Of a stretch of DNA of 64,000 nucleotides, positions 53,373 through 63,792 are shown in pieces. The notes beneath the pieces were generated by a model that was given only the letters and a program-made list of their open reading frames with translations, ran no database searches and was not told the origin of the DNA. The stretch spans positions 3,337 through 67,336 of the forward strand of contig VGJJ01000001.1 of NCBI GenBank assembly GCA_016867455.1, given 5' to 3'. A program made the position numbers and the translations under genes. Origin of the DNA: Candidatus Iainarchaeum sp. (GTDB lineage: Archaea > Iainarchaeota > Iainarchaeia > Iainarchaeales > VGJJ01). How positions within the stretch are numbered: position 1 is the stretch's first letter; every line of letters begins with the position of its first letter.

Positions 53373-54481
53373 ATTCACCAAAAATAATAGTATATTCGCC
53401 ATACGCCCCGTCTGCTCCGGGTGCCGCTGGAATGAGAGTCAAAGCCATTCAAGATGCACTCGAACGGGAAAACGCCCGCGTAACGATTCTTACTCCCCGC
53501 GATGGAAGGGAATGGTCCATCTTTCAACGAATTCAGGACGAAAAACCATCCACGATTATTGCAACATCACCCCCTCTTCCTCCGCTCGCATGGGTGTGGT
53601 TTGCTGCAAAAGTAAGCGGTTCACGCTTCATCCTCGATGCGAAAGATGATGGCCGCGCCCTCGCTCTTTTATCCAAAAAAAATAACTCATGGAAAGAAAT
53701 AATGTATTTGCAGCTCCGCGCATTCCTCTACAAGAATGCGGACAGGATTTGGTTTCTCACGCAGAGCGATAAAGAAGAAGCACGGCAGCGTTATCATCTT
53801 TCAGAGTCGCGGACCGCTATTGTTCCGAATGGGTGTGATGAGCGCATCACGTTTAGCACGGTTCTCCGCAAAAAAATCCGGAGCGAATGGAATGTTTCTC
53901 CCCGGAGAATGGTGCTCCTATACGCGGGATCGCTCGGCGATGAAGACATTCATGGTTTCGTTCAAGCAACCCAAAAAATACGAGACAACTATCACCTCAT
54001 TTTTGTGGCAACGGTAGACAACACGACGCAGGATCGCGCGCGCAGAGATGCATTGCATGCACAGCTCAATCAGAAAGAACAATCCTATCATTTTTATGAA
54101 AATATTTCTCCCAGTGAGTTGAGTGCTATTTTTTCCGGTGCGGATATAGGAATAGTCCCCTGGTCAGATGACCTTCCTTCCAGTATTCCCGTTAAAACAT
54201 TTGATTATGCCGGGACTGGGCTCCCGATACTGGCAAAATGTCCTCCTTCAGGGGAATTGCACGCTCTCCTAGAAAATAACAAGGAGTGGGGGGATTCTAT
54301 TGCAAGCTGGGATGCCTTCCCCCGTGCATTTGCGCGCACCCTGCGTCGTTTTTCATTATCCAAGTATACGCTAAAACAGCGCGCTGTGCATGCGAAACGC
54401 GTTCAGGAAACGTGGGGTCGTCGGAAACGAATCCAACGTGAAATGTCTCGCGTCATTGATATGAACAAAAACCAATCATAA
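53369..54481 (+). CDS. GT4-like glycosyltransferase
   Basis: GAAG.R, ATSPP, VPNG.D, LYAGSLG, ADIGIVP, P.K.FDY...GLPI. Confidence 0.8.
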   Translation: MNSPKIIVYSPYAPSAPGAAGMRVKAIQDALERENARVTILTPRDGREWSIFQRIQDEKPSTIIATSPPLPPLAWVWFAAKVSGSRFILDAKDDGRALALLSKKNNSWKEIMYLQLRAFLYKNADRIWFLTQSDKEEARQRYHLSESRTAIVPNGCDERITFSTVLRKKIRSEWNVSPRRMVLLYAGSLGDEDIHGFVQATQKIRDNYHLIFVATVDNTTQDRARRDALHAQLNQKEQSYHFYENISPSELSAIFSGADIGIVPWSDDLPSSIPVKTFDYAGTGLPILAKCPPSGELHALLENNKEWGDSIASWDAFPRAFARTLRRFSLSKYTLKQRAVHAKRVQETWGRRKRIQREMSRVIDMNKNQS

Positions 54482-54492
54482 GCTGATGGAAA

Positions 54493-55812
54493 TCAGGGAC
54501 GCGAACGCATACCCAGTATTTTTGTAACGCGTCGCAAAATATCTTTTTCAAATGGGGCTAATTGAAAAATACCCGGTCGGATGGGGACTTTCCACGTGGT
54601 GTAGAGGATGATCCACCCGCTCAAAATACTAAACGTAATCACGTTAGCCTGTGCCACGCCCAACGCACCCCCCACGGATGCAGCATACGCATAAATGGGC
54701 ACCGCGGCCAGCGAAGGTATGAGATATAATTCAAAAAATATTTTTCGCGGAGAGACACGGGAGAGAGATAGAGCAATCCAGGGGCGCGCCACATTAATGA
54801 TAGCCACTCCGGCCGTGATATATAGTCCATACGCCAACACATTATCCGGATTCTCGGGCTGCACAATCTGCATGAGGACCCATCCCAAAAAAACAAAGCC
54901 AATCCACTGAAGGAGAGAGAGTATGGTATTGTATCGCACCCCCACCCCAAAAAGAAGAGACACCCGCTCATTCGGTAATTGTGAAAAGCTCAGCGAGAGC
55001 ACTTTCTGCACCATTTGGGGGAAAAGAAAGAAAACATTCGCCAATGTGAGTGCAACGGAATAACTTCCCACGCCACTCAACGCGGCAAAAAATCCAAGGA
55101 TGACAATATCAATTTGATACACAAGCTTGACCACCGACCCCGAGAGGTGATTCCAAAAAGCAAAACCGCGTAGTGCATCAAGGGATAATTTTAGTTTAAC
55201 ATGTGAAATAAATCGAAAATGCAGATGCTTGACTGCGGTAAAATACCACAAGCTCACTCCCACGACTGCAGAAAAAAACTGGAGCCAACCATAGGTTATT
55301 ACATCTCTCGAGAAAAACAAGAAAATCATGGAGAGCAGCAACAGGATGCTCGTCAATACATCCACTTGCGTAATCCGTCCCTGCCTAAAAAAACCATAAA
55401 ATGCTTCACGAAAGGGTCCCGTGAGTGTGCTTACGAGCGTGGCGCCCCCTAAAAGCAAAAAATAGCTTCCTAATCGCGGATCACTAGCGGATTGAAATAA
55501 GAATAATGACACAGGAATGAGCAGCGTGAACAAAATGATTCCGCGGACCGCACTAAACTGCAAAAAGGAAGAAATGTATTCGTGCAATTTTCCTTCCATT
55601 TTTTTAAAATCGCGAATAAAAATAGTTTCGGGAGCCACGAGGATAAAGCCCAGTAGCGCAACGTATCCTCCTGCGAGACCGATAATTCCAATCTCTTCCC
55701 CGGATAATAAACGAACTAATATCGCAAAATTGATGAGACTAATAAACTTCGTCAAAACGATTTGAAGCGAATTGAATGAAAGCACTGAAACTATTTTGTT
55801 AAACATGCTCAC
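54493..55812 (-). CDS. Wzx/MOP-family oligosaccharide flippase
   Basis: About 12 TMs; LVRLLS.EE.G, Y.QID.VILG, G.YSVA. Confidence 0.8.
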   Translation of the reverse strand: MSMFNKIVSVLSFNSLQIVLTKFISLINFAILVRLLSGEEIGIIGLAGGYVALLGFILVAPETIFIRDFKKMEGKLHEYISSFLQFSAVRGIILFTLLIPVSLFLFQSASDPRLGSYFLLLGGATLVSTLTGPFREAFYGFFRQGRITQVDVLTSILLLLSMIFLFFSRDVITYGWLQFFSAVVGVSLWYFTAVKHLHFRFISHVKLKLSLDALRGFAFWNHLSGSVVKLVYQIDIVILGFFAALSGVGSYSVALTLANVFFLFPQMVQKVLSLSFSQLPNERVSLLFGVGVRYNTILSLLQWIGFVFLGWVLMQIVQPENPDNVLAYGLYITAGVAIINVARPWIALSLSRVSPRKIFFELYLIPSLAAVPIYAYAASVGGALGVAQANVITFSILSGWIILYTTWKVPIRPGIFQLAPFEKDILRRVTKILGMRSRP

Positions 55813-56948
55813 GTGAAATCATCCCCCAATAGGGTTGCGTATATTTTCAACTGCTTGTTCGCCACTTCCTGTACAGAAAACGTATTCGCATACGCGCTTG
55901 CTTCGCGGGATAATTTTTGAATCCGTGTCAGGGAAAGAGATGAAGCCGATAGCAATGCTTCGCTTGCCGTAGAAATGGATGAGAAATCCACCACCCATCC
56001 TCTTCCGTTCCCAGCAAATTCCCGGAATGTGGGAATATCATTCAGGATGGGAATTTTTCCCGCAGCCATGGCCTCAACCGCACTAATTCCAAATCCCTCA
56101 TATTCCGAAGCAGATACCGCAAAGGCGCATTGGGAGTATACATCCATCATTTCTTTCGGAGAAAGGGTTCCATGAAACGTGACATTTTTTCCAATTCCAT
56201 GTTTCTTTACTAATGCTTCAAGCGAGGGCCGTATTCCTTCCCAGTCACTGCCAATAATATGCAGGTAAATATTTTTCTTCGCAAGCGCGGCAGAAAATGC
56301 TTCGATGAGCCGATCCACACGTTTGTTAACCGAGAGTCTTCCCACAAAAATAAAATGATTCACCATTTTTTTTCGAATGGGAATTAGTTTGAACTGGGCG
56401 GTATTAACTCCATCAGGAATAATCGATGAACGTCCTTTTGATGGAAGAAAAGCAAAATGTTGCCGGTCTTGCTGGCTGTCGAAAATAATATAATCAAAAT
56501 TTTTCCAGGAAAGCGGTAAAATAAAATTGGCATAAATTTTTTTTAGAAAACCCCTATTTTTGGTGTGAAAAAATCCCCCGTGCGTGTTAATGACAATGGG
56601 CTTGCGATGCCAATTTTTCAAAATAGAAAGAACATCCGCCGATCCGCCGAGACCGTGGACGTGGATAATATCATGTTTCCGTGCGAGGTTCAAGAGTTCT
56701 CGAACAGGAGGAATACGATAAAACGAAAAACCGCGCATGGGGACGCGGCGAATAACCACCCCTTCCACGATTTCTTTTGCGGGGAGCGTTGTCGCACCAT
56801 TCGTACACGTGTTAAACACGAGAATCGTCACGTCATGCCCCGCGGTAGCCATTTTTCGTGCAATATCCCAAATGACCGTTTCAATTCCCCCGATACAGGG
56901 AATCGTGTGATTCCCCACGTGGAGTATGCGCATTTTTTTCATGACCAC
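55809..56948 (-). CDS. GT4 glycosyltransferase
   Basis: PCIGGIE, HVHG, THGGFFHT, FVGRLSVNKR, SEYEGFGISAVEAMAAG. Confidence 0.9.
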   Translation of the reverse strand: MVMKKMRILHVGNHTIPCIGGIETVIWDIARKMATAGHDVTILVFNTCTNGATTLPAKEIVEGVVIRRVPMRGFSFYRIPPVRELLNLARKHDIIHVHGLGGSADVLSILKNWHRKPIVINTHGGFFHTKNRGFLKKIYANFILPLSWKNFDYIIFDSQQDRQHFAFLPSKGRSSIIPDGVNTAQFKLIPIRKKMVNHFIFVGRLSVNKRVDRLIEAFSAALAKKNIYLHIIGSDWEGIRPSLEALVKKHGIGKNVTFHGTLSPKEMMDVYSQCAFAVSASEYEGFGISAVEAMAAGKIPILNDIPTFREFAGNGRGWVVDFSSISTASEALLSASSLSLTRIQKLSREASAYANTFSVQEVANKQLKIYATLLGDDFT

Positions 56949-57925
56949 ACCCTCCTATCAAGGAAACCCGCACTCATGCCTGCGGCAAATGCAAGTGAAC
57001 GGAAGAAATAGATAACCAAACCAAAAGTCCATAATAAAATTCCTGCACGCATTGGAGAGTAAGATAAACTGTACAAGAAAAGAAATCCAATAAAACAGAG
57101 TAGTGACCAATATTCCCACACAGGCAGAAGTAATGATCCTAAAGCAAACAAAACGGAAGAAATAGCCAAAGTAACACTTAACTTCAGCGAAGTGGGAGTA
57201 TAGCTATCTCGGATTAGTTTTCTTGGATGTTTAATGTACATCCGCATTCGCCAATATGCGCGAAAATACTTAACTTTCAAATAGTGAAATAAATCTTGTG
57301 GATGAGTATGAAACACGACTGCTTGCGGTGCAAAAATAAGTCGGTGCCCTTTCTTCGCCATACGATAGCTTAATTCAGCATCCTCCCCCGATGCTTTTGG
57401 GAAACTTTCATCAAATCCACCCTCTTCGATAAATATTTTTTTTCGATACGCCGCAGAGTAGCTTCCTATCCAGTCCAACGTTGTCGCCCGCTTCATGCGC
57501 TCATAACGGTACTCAATATCCAACTGATCAAACCGCGCTACTAAAGAAGTTTGTTTCGTGCGATACGCGCCTTGCACTCCAATTACTTTTTCATCCGTGA
57601 ATGGTTTTATCATTTCGTCTAACCAGTTTTTTTCAGGCACGCAATCACTGTCCAAAAAAACAATAATGGTTCCTTTGGCGCGAGACGCACCCACATTACG
57701 GGCACGCGCAGGTCCTTGATTTTTTTGCGAAATGACTGTAACCAAGGAGTATGATTCCGCAACCCCTTTGGTCTCATCGACACTCCCATCATCCACCACG
57801 ATTATTTCATCCGGGATGCGGGTCTGCAGCATGAGTGCATCAAGGCAGGACTGCAGGGTTTTTGCAGCATTGTACGCGGGAATAATAACACTCACACGCG
57901 CGCGAGTACGAGTAGTGGATGGCAT
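56939..57925 (-). CDS. GT2 glycosyltransferase with C-terminal TMs
   Basis: VSVIIPAYNA, VDDGS.D, GPARARN.G, FLDSDC, GGFDE.F....GED. Confidence 0.9.
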   Translation of the reverse strand: MPSTTRTRARVSVIIPAYNAAKTLQSCLDALMLQTRIPDEIIVVDDGSVDETKGVAESYSLVTVISQKNQGPARARNVGASRAKGTIIVFLDSDCVPEKNWLDEMIKPFTDEKVIGVQGAYRTKQTSLVARFDQLDIEYRYERMKRATTLDWIGSYSAAYRKKIFIEEGGFDESFPKASGEDAELSYRMAKKGHRLIFAPQAVVFHTHPQDLFHYLKVKYFRAYWRMRMYIKHPRKLIRDSYTPTSLKLSVTLAISSVLFALGSLLLPVWEYWSLLCFIGFLFLYSLSYSPMRAGILLWTFGLVIYFFRSLAFAAGMSAGFLDRRVWS

Positions 57926-57999
57926 ACTATACCCCCTTGAAATGGACGCTTTTTAACGCACAGGGTTTTGATTAATACAAGCCTCGGACGTTAGTCTGG

Positions 58000-59529
58000 T
58001 TATGGCTGTATTACGGGCAATGCTGTTCGTTGATTGGTTTCCCCTAGGCTGGCTTTCTTGGATGTGTTAAACAAGTATTTGAAAAATGTTAATCCACTTT
58101 TAACGAGTCGGGGAAACTCGTGGGGTGAAGTAATTCCTTCCCAGACTTTGGCGGCAATAAACGATGGCCGCATGTAAAAGTTTCTCCGGGCATCATCGCA
58201 TGCTTGCACGAGTTCGTTCGCAGTGAGTTTATCCGTGCTCACAATCGTGTTATGAGTCCCGTCTTCAAGGAGCCAGTTCTCCCAATTCTCTGCTTGAATG
58301 GTCAAAAAATTATTGGTCTTCGCCCACTCATAGGCTTCGGTTCCCGGGTACACCATGATAGGGAAGAATTGTACCGTATCGGGGTTCACGCGCTTGGCGA
58401 ATTCAACGGTTTGTTGAATCGTTTCACGTGTCTCGCCACGGTTTCCCATCATGAAGCACGCGTGCACGAGAACACCGGCCTCTTTCGTGTCTTTGAAGAA
58501 TTGTTCAATCTTCGTCACGTGGGTTCCTTTCTTGATGTTGTTTAATATTTCCTGCGACGCACTCTCAACGCCGACGCAAACTAATCGGCACCCGGCTTTT
58601 TTCATTATTTTAAGTGTCTCCAAATCCACATCCGCGCGGGAATTAACGGTCCATGTTACGTTTAGTTTGCGGTCAATTATTTCTTGGCAAATTTGTTTGA
58701 CGCGGATGCGATCAACAGTGAATGTGTCATCTTCCACCATGATGTCTTTCACATAAGGCAAGTTTTCCTTAATCCATGCTAATTCATCCACCACATTCTT
58801 CACGCTGCGCGAGCGAAAATTATGTCCAGTAAAGTTTTGGGGCCAATCACAAAACGTGCAACGGAATGGGCATCCTCTTCCAGTAATAATCGTCACTTCT
58901 GGATACAATACGGAGGGATAAAAGTAATCGCGTATGTTCAAATGTTTGTCCCAAATCTGCGTAACGAAGGGGAGTTTATCTAAATAGTCCGCGGGCACGT
59001 CGGGTGCATCCGGGTTTTTGATAATTTCATTTTTTTCATTACGATACGTTATCCCTTTCACCGACTCGTAGGATTTTCCCTGTTCCAAGTGGTTAGCTAC
59101 TTCAACGGCAATCAAATCGTATTCCTTACGCATGACCATGTCCACTCCTGGAGAAATAGTCAAGGTATTTTCGGATACCGCGGAGACGTGGGGTCCGACC
59201 ATGGCAATAATACAATTCGGGAGGACTTTCTTAATGGCTGCAGCGACTTTTCCATCATTGACAACGGATGAGGTGACCGTGTGCATAATGAGCAAGCGGG
59301 GATTGAATGATTTAGCAATAGTGACCATTTGTTCCAGCGTCATCATTTCTTTCGGCGCGGTCGCATCAACCAGTTTAGGAGTATGCCCGTTGATTTCAAG
59401 GGACCCTGCTGCGTAACCCAACCAAATAGGATAATACACACACCCCCCCTTTGACACGGCGGGAGAGCGGGAGTTTTTGCTAAACTGAGGAAAATAGGGC
59501 GGATTGAGTAGCATGACGTTTATTCCCAT
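58000..59529 (-). CDS. Cobalamin-binding radical SAM protein, HpnJ-like
   Basis: LLNPP......SR..A......YYPIWL.YAA, VGPH, GRGCPFRCTFCDWPQ...GH..R.RS, EDDTFT, GVESA, PGTE. Confidence 0.9.
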   Translation of the reverse strand: MGINVMLLNPPYFPQFSKNSRSPAVSKGGCVYYPIWLGYAAGSLEINGHTPKLVDATAPKEMMTLEQMVTIAKSFNPRLLIMHTVTSSVVNDGKVAAAIKKVLPNCIIAMVGPHVSAVSENTLTISPGVDMVMRKEYDLIAVEVANHLEQGKSYESVKGITYRNEKNEIIKNPDAPDVPADYLDKLPFVTQIWDKHLNIRDYFYPSVLYPEVTIITGRGCPFRCTFCDWPQNFTGHNFRSRSVKNVVDELAWIKENLPYVKDIMVEDDTFTVDRIRVKQICQEIIDRKLNVTWTVNSRADVDLETLKIMKKAGCRLVCVGVESASQEILNNIKKGTHVTKIEQFFKDTKEAGVLVHACFMMGNRGETRETIQQTVEFAKRVNPDTVQFFPIMVYPGTEAYEWAKTNNFLTIQAENWENWLLEDGTHNTIVSTDKLTANELVQACDDARRNFYMRPSFIAAKVWEGITSPHEFPRLVKSGLTFFKYLFNTSKKASLGETNQRTALPVIQP

Positions 59530-59621
59530 AGAAAATCACTCGGGTGTGGAATAACACACCTCATTCTTTGTATTTAAAAGCAAAAGCCCTTTTTCGAATC
59601 TTGCACTACACTTAACATGGT

Positions 59622-60203
59622 TCACTTTTTGCGCGCAACAAAAACCATGTCCTCTTTCAGGGAAAAAGGCACGAGTTGATGGATTATCTTTCGTATGGGA
59701 AAAAACCATTTGTTTCGAGCCCCATCCGATGATTCTTCCGTGAACGGAAATAATTCCACGCGCTCAACCAGAAACCCGTTTCTTTCAAGCAAATTTTTCA
59801 GCGAGGGAATGTCAAAAAGGGAAAGGTGGAGGGGCATTTCATACGAGTGAGTAAGACGGTTGAGCCAGCTTTTCTTGTTCGGGGTTGAAAGTGCCAGCAC
59901 GCCATTTTTTTGGAGAACACGCGCACACTCCTGGATGAAACGCTCGGGTTGGGGAACGTGTTCGATTACTTCCCCCGCGAGTATCCCATCAAACGAGTTA
60001 TCGCGGAATGGCATTTGTTGACCATCCCCAATGACTTGATTCGTGCGCACGTGGATGAGCTCGATGTCTAATGAAATAATTTTTGGAGGAGAGTGGCGCG
60101 CGAGCAAATCCTCATGCAGTGTTCCCGCACTCCCGCCCACATCAAGTATTTTTCCAGCAAGGGGAGTCAGTAATGCTTCGACGCGCGTCCTCATGAATAT
60201 CAC
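59622..60203 (-). CDS. Class I SAM-dependent methyltransferase
   Basis: ILDVGGSAG, PFRDNSFD....EVIEH, RVL..NG...LSTPN. Confidence 0.85.
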   Translation of the reverse strand: MIFMRTRVEALLTPLAGKILDVGGSAGTLHEDLLARHSPPKIISLDIELIHVRTNQVIGDGQQMPFRDNSFDGILAGEVIEHVPQPERFIQECARVLQKNGVLALSTPNKKSWLNRLTHSYEMPLHLSLFDIPSLKNLLERNGFLVERVELFPFTEESSDGARNKWFFPIRKIIHQLVPFSLKEDMVFVARKK

Positions 60204-60943
60204 CCTAGTTTTCCGGCGTGAATACTTTTCCAGTTTTTTACTACTTCATTGGCACGCGTCAACTCATCAATGGTTCCCGCATCCAACCATTCGCCGGATA
60301 ATTTACTCGCCGCGAGTGCATTCCGTGAAATGTATTGATTATGAATGTCGGTTATTTCAAGCTCTCCCCTCTGTGAAGGTTTGAGGGTTCGAATAATATC
60401 GAACACGCCGGGGTTGAACATATACACTCCGATGCTCACCCAATTCGTGGGGGGATCTTTTGGTTTTTCGATTAATTTAGTGACGCGCTCTCCCTCCATG
60501 ACGGCAACTCCTGCTTTCATGGCTTCTTCTCGTGTCGTCTCATACAATAAAATGCGCGCGTCTTCTTTTCCGTGGGCAAATGCATCCATGAATGGTTTAA
60601 TGGAGTGCGACAAAATATTGTCTCCATTTACTGAAACGAATTTTTCTTTTCCAACAAATCCTTCGGCCAATGCAATGGCGTGCGGCAATCCTCCCGCGGT
60701 GTCTTGTACGCGATACGTGAAATGCACTCCGAAGTCTTTTCCGCTTCCCATGAGTTTGAAAATATTTCCCGCATGTTCGGTTCCCGTGATGATTAGTATT
60801 TCCGTTATTCCTGCTTCCTTGAGGGTTTGCAACGGATAATAAATCATGGGCCTATCATAAATGGGAAGTAAATGTTTGTTGGTCACGGAAGTCAATGGTC
60901 GCAGTCGCGTGCCATTTCCTCCAGCAAGAATAACGCCTTTCAT
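60200..60943 (-). CDS. rfbA: Glucose-1-phosphate thymidylyltransferase
   Basis: MKGVILAGGNGTRLRPLT...NKHLLPIYDRPMIYYP, GDN, EKP, RGELEITD, WLDAGT; true start 60943. Confidence 0.93.
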   Translation of the reverse strand: MKGVILAGGNGTRLRPLTSVTNKHLLPIYDRPMIYYPLQTLKEAGITEILIITGTEHAGNIFKLMGSGKDFGVHFTYRVQDTAGGLPHAIALAEGFVGKEKFVSVNGDNILSHSIKPFMDAFAHGKEDARILLYETTREEAMKAGVAVMEGERVTKLIEKPKDPPTNWVSIGVYMFNPGVFDIIRTLKPSQRGELEITDIHNQYISRNALAASKLSGEWLDAGTIDELTRANEVVKNWKSIHAGKLG

Positions 60944-60944
60944 T

Positions 60945-61928
60945 TTAGTTGCCTCCTTTTGGTAAAAAATACTCATGATACCATGGAACCGTTTCACGCA
61001 ATCCTTTTTCAAGCGAATAATTGGGAGACCATCCCAATAATTCTTGCGTGGAACGAATGTCAAGCACGGGGTGATCACGGTCATCAAATGGTCGATTATC
61101 AAACGAAATTTGGGTGGGAAAAGGCATTGTTTTCTGGACAATTTCAGCAATCTGGCGAATAGTCGACAGGTTTCCGGACGCAAAAGTGACTGCCTTTCCA
61201 TTGACGGATTTGGAATGACAGTTCTCGGCTAAGCGAATCATTCCATTTACTGCATCCTGCACATACAAAAAGTCCCGCTTGATTTTTCCATCACCTTTTA
61301 GGGTGATTGTTTTTTTCGTAAAAAGTTCTTTCATCATAATAGGTATGAGTCGATTAAAGTTCGTGTCATTGGGGCCATAAATATTTGTATTCTGCGCGAT
61401 GGCTCCATTCATTCCATATGCGTGAAAATAACTTCGTGCAATAACTTGCGTGCAAAACTTGCTGGCATCATACGGATGAAGGGGCGCCATGACATCTGTT
61501 TTGTTGCTGGACAATGGTTCGAATGCTCTCACCGATCCGGCTAGTATTAGGGGTGTTTGTTCCTTTTTTGCGCGGAGTGCATCCAATAAGAAAAGAGTGC
61601 CATTCACATTGCTTTCAAATGTTTCCACTGGAATTTGGATTGATTTCCACGTGTCCGATTGCGATGCTAAGTGAAAAATGAAATCAAACGCGTGGGTGTT
61701 AACTAATTGTTGTACACTCTCGCGCGAACGCAATTCAAGGGGGTGCACCTTAATCGTTTTTCCGGGGAATAAACGGTCTAAATAAGGAGTATTTTTGGGA
61801 GATCGGCTCGCGCCCTCAATGATGGCTCCCTGCTGAAGCAATTCGTTGGCGAGGTGGGAGCCGATAAAGCCATTTATCCCCGTGATTAGGACTCGCTTCC
61901 CTGACCAATTAGTCGTTCGCATACGCAT
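60945..61928 (-). CDS. NAD-dependent epimerase/dehydratase (CDP-glucose 4,6-dehydratase-like SDR)
   Basis: W.GKRVLITGINGFIGSHL, FHLASQ, PYDASK, NIYGP.D.NF.RLIP, RDFLYV.D. Confidence 0.85.
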   Translation of the reverse strand: MRMRTTNWSGKRVLITGINGFIGSHLANELLQQGAIIEGASRSPKNTPYLDRLFPGKTIKVHPLELRSRESVQQLVNTHAFDFIFHLASQSDTWKSIQIPVETFESNVNGTLFLLDALRAKKEQTPLILAGSVRAFEPLSSNKTDVMAPLHPYDASKFCTQVIARSYFHAYGMNGAIAQNTNIYGPNDTNFNRLIPIMMKELFTKKTITLKGDGKIKRDFLYVQDAVNGMIRLAENCHSKSVNGKAVTFASGNLSTIRQIAEIVQKTMPFPTQISFDNRPFDDRDHPVLDIRSTQELLGWSPNYSLEKGLRETVPWYHEYFLPKGGN

Positions 61929-61936
61929 CTTTGCTC

Positions 61937-63334
61937 CTACACCAATAAATGACCATGTTTAATGCTCCCGGCCAATCGTGCCCATTTGATGGCGAATGCA
62001 TAACAAATGCCGAGCATCACAATCGCCAAAAAATGGAGCATACTTTGATTCCGAATAAAGGTCATTCCACGGGGAGAGGACAATTCAAAAGTAGGTTTAG
62101 CGTCATTCCATAACCCGGTGGCAACTTTAAAATCAACCACGGGATCAACGATAAATCCACCCCTCACGTGCAGGAAAGTATTGCATAGTTTACTTTTTGC
62201 ATGCTTCTGATGCAGCAACACGTCATTCATGTGATACTTGAATCGCTGCAGCGTGTATAAAATAATTTTTTGAAACGTTTTAGGTGTAACGAGCGTTCGA
62301 TCCCCATGCCACTTGGCACCGTTCACTTTCACGTATTCGTAACCCAATTCAATAATCCTAAATGAAAGATCCGTGTCTTCGCGGTAATAAAAAAAGTCCT
62401 CATCATAGCCGCCTAAATAATCCAGCAGGTCTTTTCGAAAACCAGTCGATGTTCCGCCGTAGTGACCGTACGCGCTCACCGCACCCACGCGCGGAGAATC
62501 AAATCCATTCACCATAATCTGCAGCCAATCCGGTTCAGGATTGTCATCATGATCCATGTTGATGACTACTTCATATTTGGCCGCGCGTATTCCGGCATTA
62601 CGCGCTTTGCACACTCCGGAGCGCGGAAGAAAAAGGAGCGTCACTCGTTTATCATGAGCAAAATTTTTCTTCAAAAGTGAAGGAGTTACTCCATCAAAAC
62701 TCCCATCATCCACCACAATAACTTCGTATTTTCCGGCAAATTGTTGGCTGAGCATTCCGTGAATTGCCTTGATAAGTGGTTCTCCACCATTGAGGGTGGC
62801 CACTACAATACTGGCTGTTTTTGGAGGAGGGCTTTTGGGGCGCGGGGTAGTTGGCAGAGCAACTTCCAATTCGCTGGCAGCATGTTTGAGTGAAGGAATC
62901 ACGTGGCCTCTTACGGGCAATGGGGGGTTTTTTTGCGCACGTTGAATAGCTGCGGATAAATTTTCAATATCATATACGACCACACCGTATTTTTCTTTCT
63001 CCGCGGCGCGAGCTAGTTCTAGTTGATGATCATTCGTGTGTTCACCATATTTTTTTCGGCGAGGCACAATGACCATGGGTATTCGTCCCTGGATTGCCCA
63101 ACCCATGTTTCCCTCCCCCGCGTGTGTAATAAATACATCCGCTTCCCGAATCGTTTTTTCAAAAACGTCCGGGTTCATGAAGGGATGAACTTCCACGCCA
63201 TGATGAGTGAATGGCGTGTATCCTGATTGTATGATTATTTTTCCTCGAATGATTCCTTTTTCTCGCAGTCGGACCACTTCGTTGAGCAAGCGGGAAAATG
63301 AGTCAGGATGCGTTCCCACGGAAACAAAAATCAT
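61937..63334 (-). CDS. Alg13/PssE-like GT28-C domain fused to a GT2 domain
   Basis: N-part MIFVSVGTH...F.RL, Q.GYT, THAG.G, VPR....EH..DHQ.E; Pro linker; C-part VVDDGS, ARNAG, DHDD, GGYDE.F..REDTD. Confidence 0.85.
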   Translation of the reverse strand: MIFVSVGTHPDSFSRLLNEVVRLREKGIIRGKIIIQSGYTPFTHHGVEVHPFMNPDVFEKTIREADVFITHAGEGNMGWAIQGRIPMVIVPRRKKYGEHTNDHQLELARAAEKEKYGVVVYDIENLSAAIQRAQKNPPLPVRGHVIPSLKHAASELEVALPTTPRPKSPPPKTASIVVATLNGGEPLIKAIHGMLSQQFAGKYEVIVVDDGSFDGVTPSLLKKNFAHDKRVTLLFLPRSGVCKARNAGIRAAKYEVVINMDHDDNPEPDWLQIMVNGFDSPRVGAVSAYGHYGGTSTGFRKDLLDYLGGYDEDFFYYREDTDLSFRIIELGYEYVKVNGAKWHGDRTLVTPKTFQKIILYTLQRFKYHMNDVLLHQKHAKSKLCNTFLHVRGGFIVDPVVDFKVATGLWNDAKPTFELSSPRGMTFIRNQSMLHFLAIVMLGICYAFAIKWARLAGSIKHGHLLV

Positions 63335-63792
63335 GAATGGTCACTTCCAAAAATACTTCCAACGTAAACGCCGGAAGGATAATAGGGTTTGAGTTCTTTC
63401 CACTGATATAAAACACGATCCGCGAATAATGATACGATTCTCCCCGTGATGCCAGGCTCCGTTACCCGGCAAAAACTTTCAATAAAAATAATGGGGACCC
63501 CTTGAATTTTGGCGGCCACGCAAACGGGAACAGTAACATCGGCCCCCGTGCTGATAACGAGGCATGGTTTTTCGGTTGAAATTATTTTCCATGCCTGAAA
63601 AAAAGATTTTATCGTTCGAAAAGGATTTCGTGCCGGTCGTTCAATGAAGTATACTTTCTCGGATGAAGAAAGAGCACGCGTGTCCGGTCGTTCAAATGTT
63701 ACAAAAAAATGGTTTGTTTGACGATAAAATGATTGCAATTGTTTCATTTCGGCCAAGTGACCGCCCGCGGAACATGTTAACAAAACACTCAT
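63331..63792 (-). CDS. Alg14/PssD-like glycosyltransferase subunit
   Basis: SAGGHL.E, ISTGA...VP, FIESF.RV..P..TG, QW. Confidence 0.9.
   Translation of the reverse strand: MSVLLTCSAGGHLAEMKQLQSFYRQTNHFFVTFERPDTRALSSSEKVYFIERPARNPFRTIKSFFQAWKIISTEKPCLVISTGADVTVPVCVAAKIQGVPIIFIESFCRVTEPGITGRIVSLFADRVLYQWKELKPYYPSGVYVGSIFGSDHS

Noticed and set aside
60944-61201. N-terminal extension of rfbA overlapping the epimerase gene
   Set aside because: The family start MKGVILAGG begins at 60943, preceded by GGAGG
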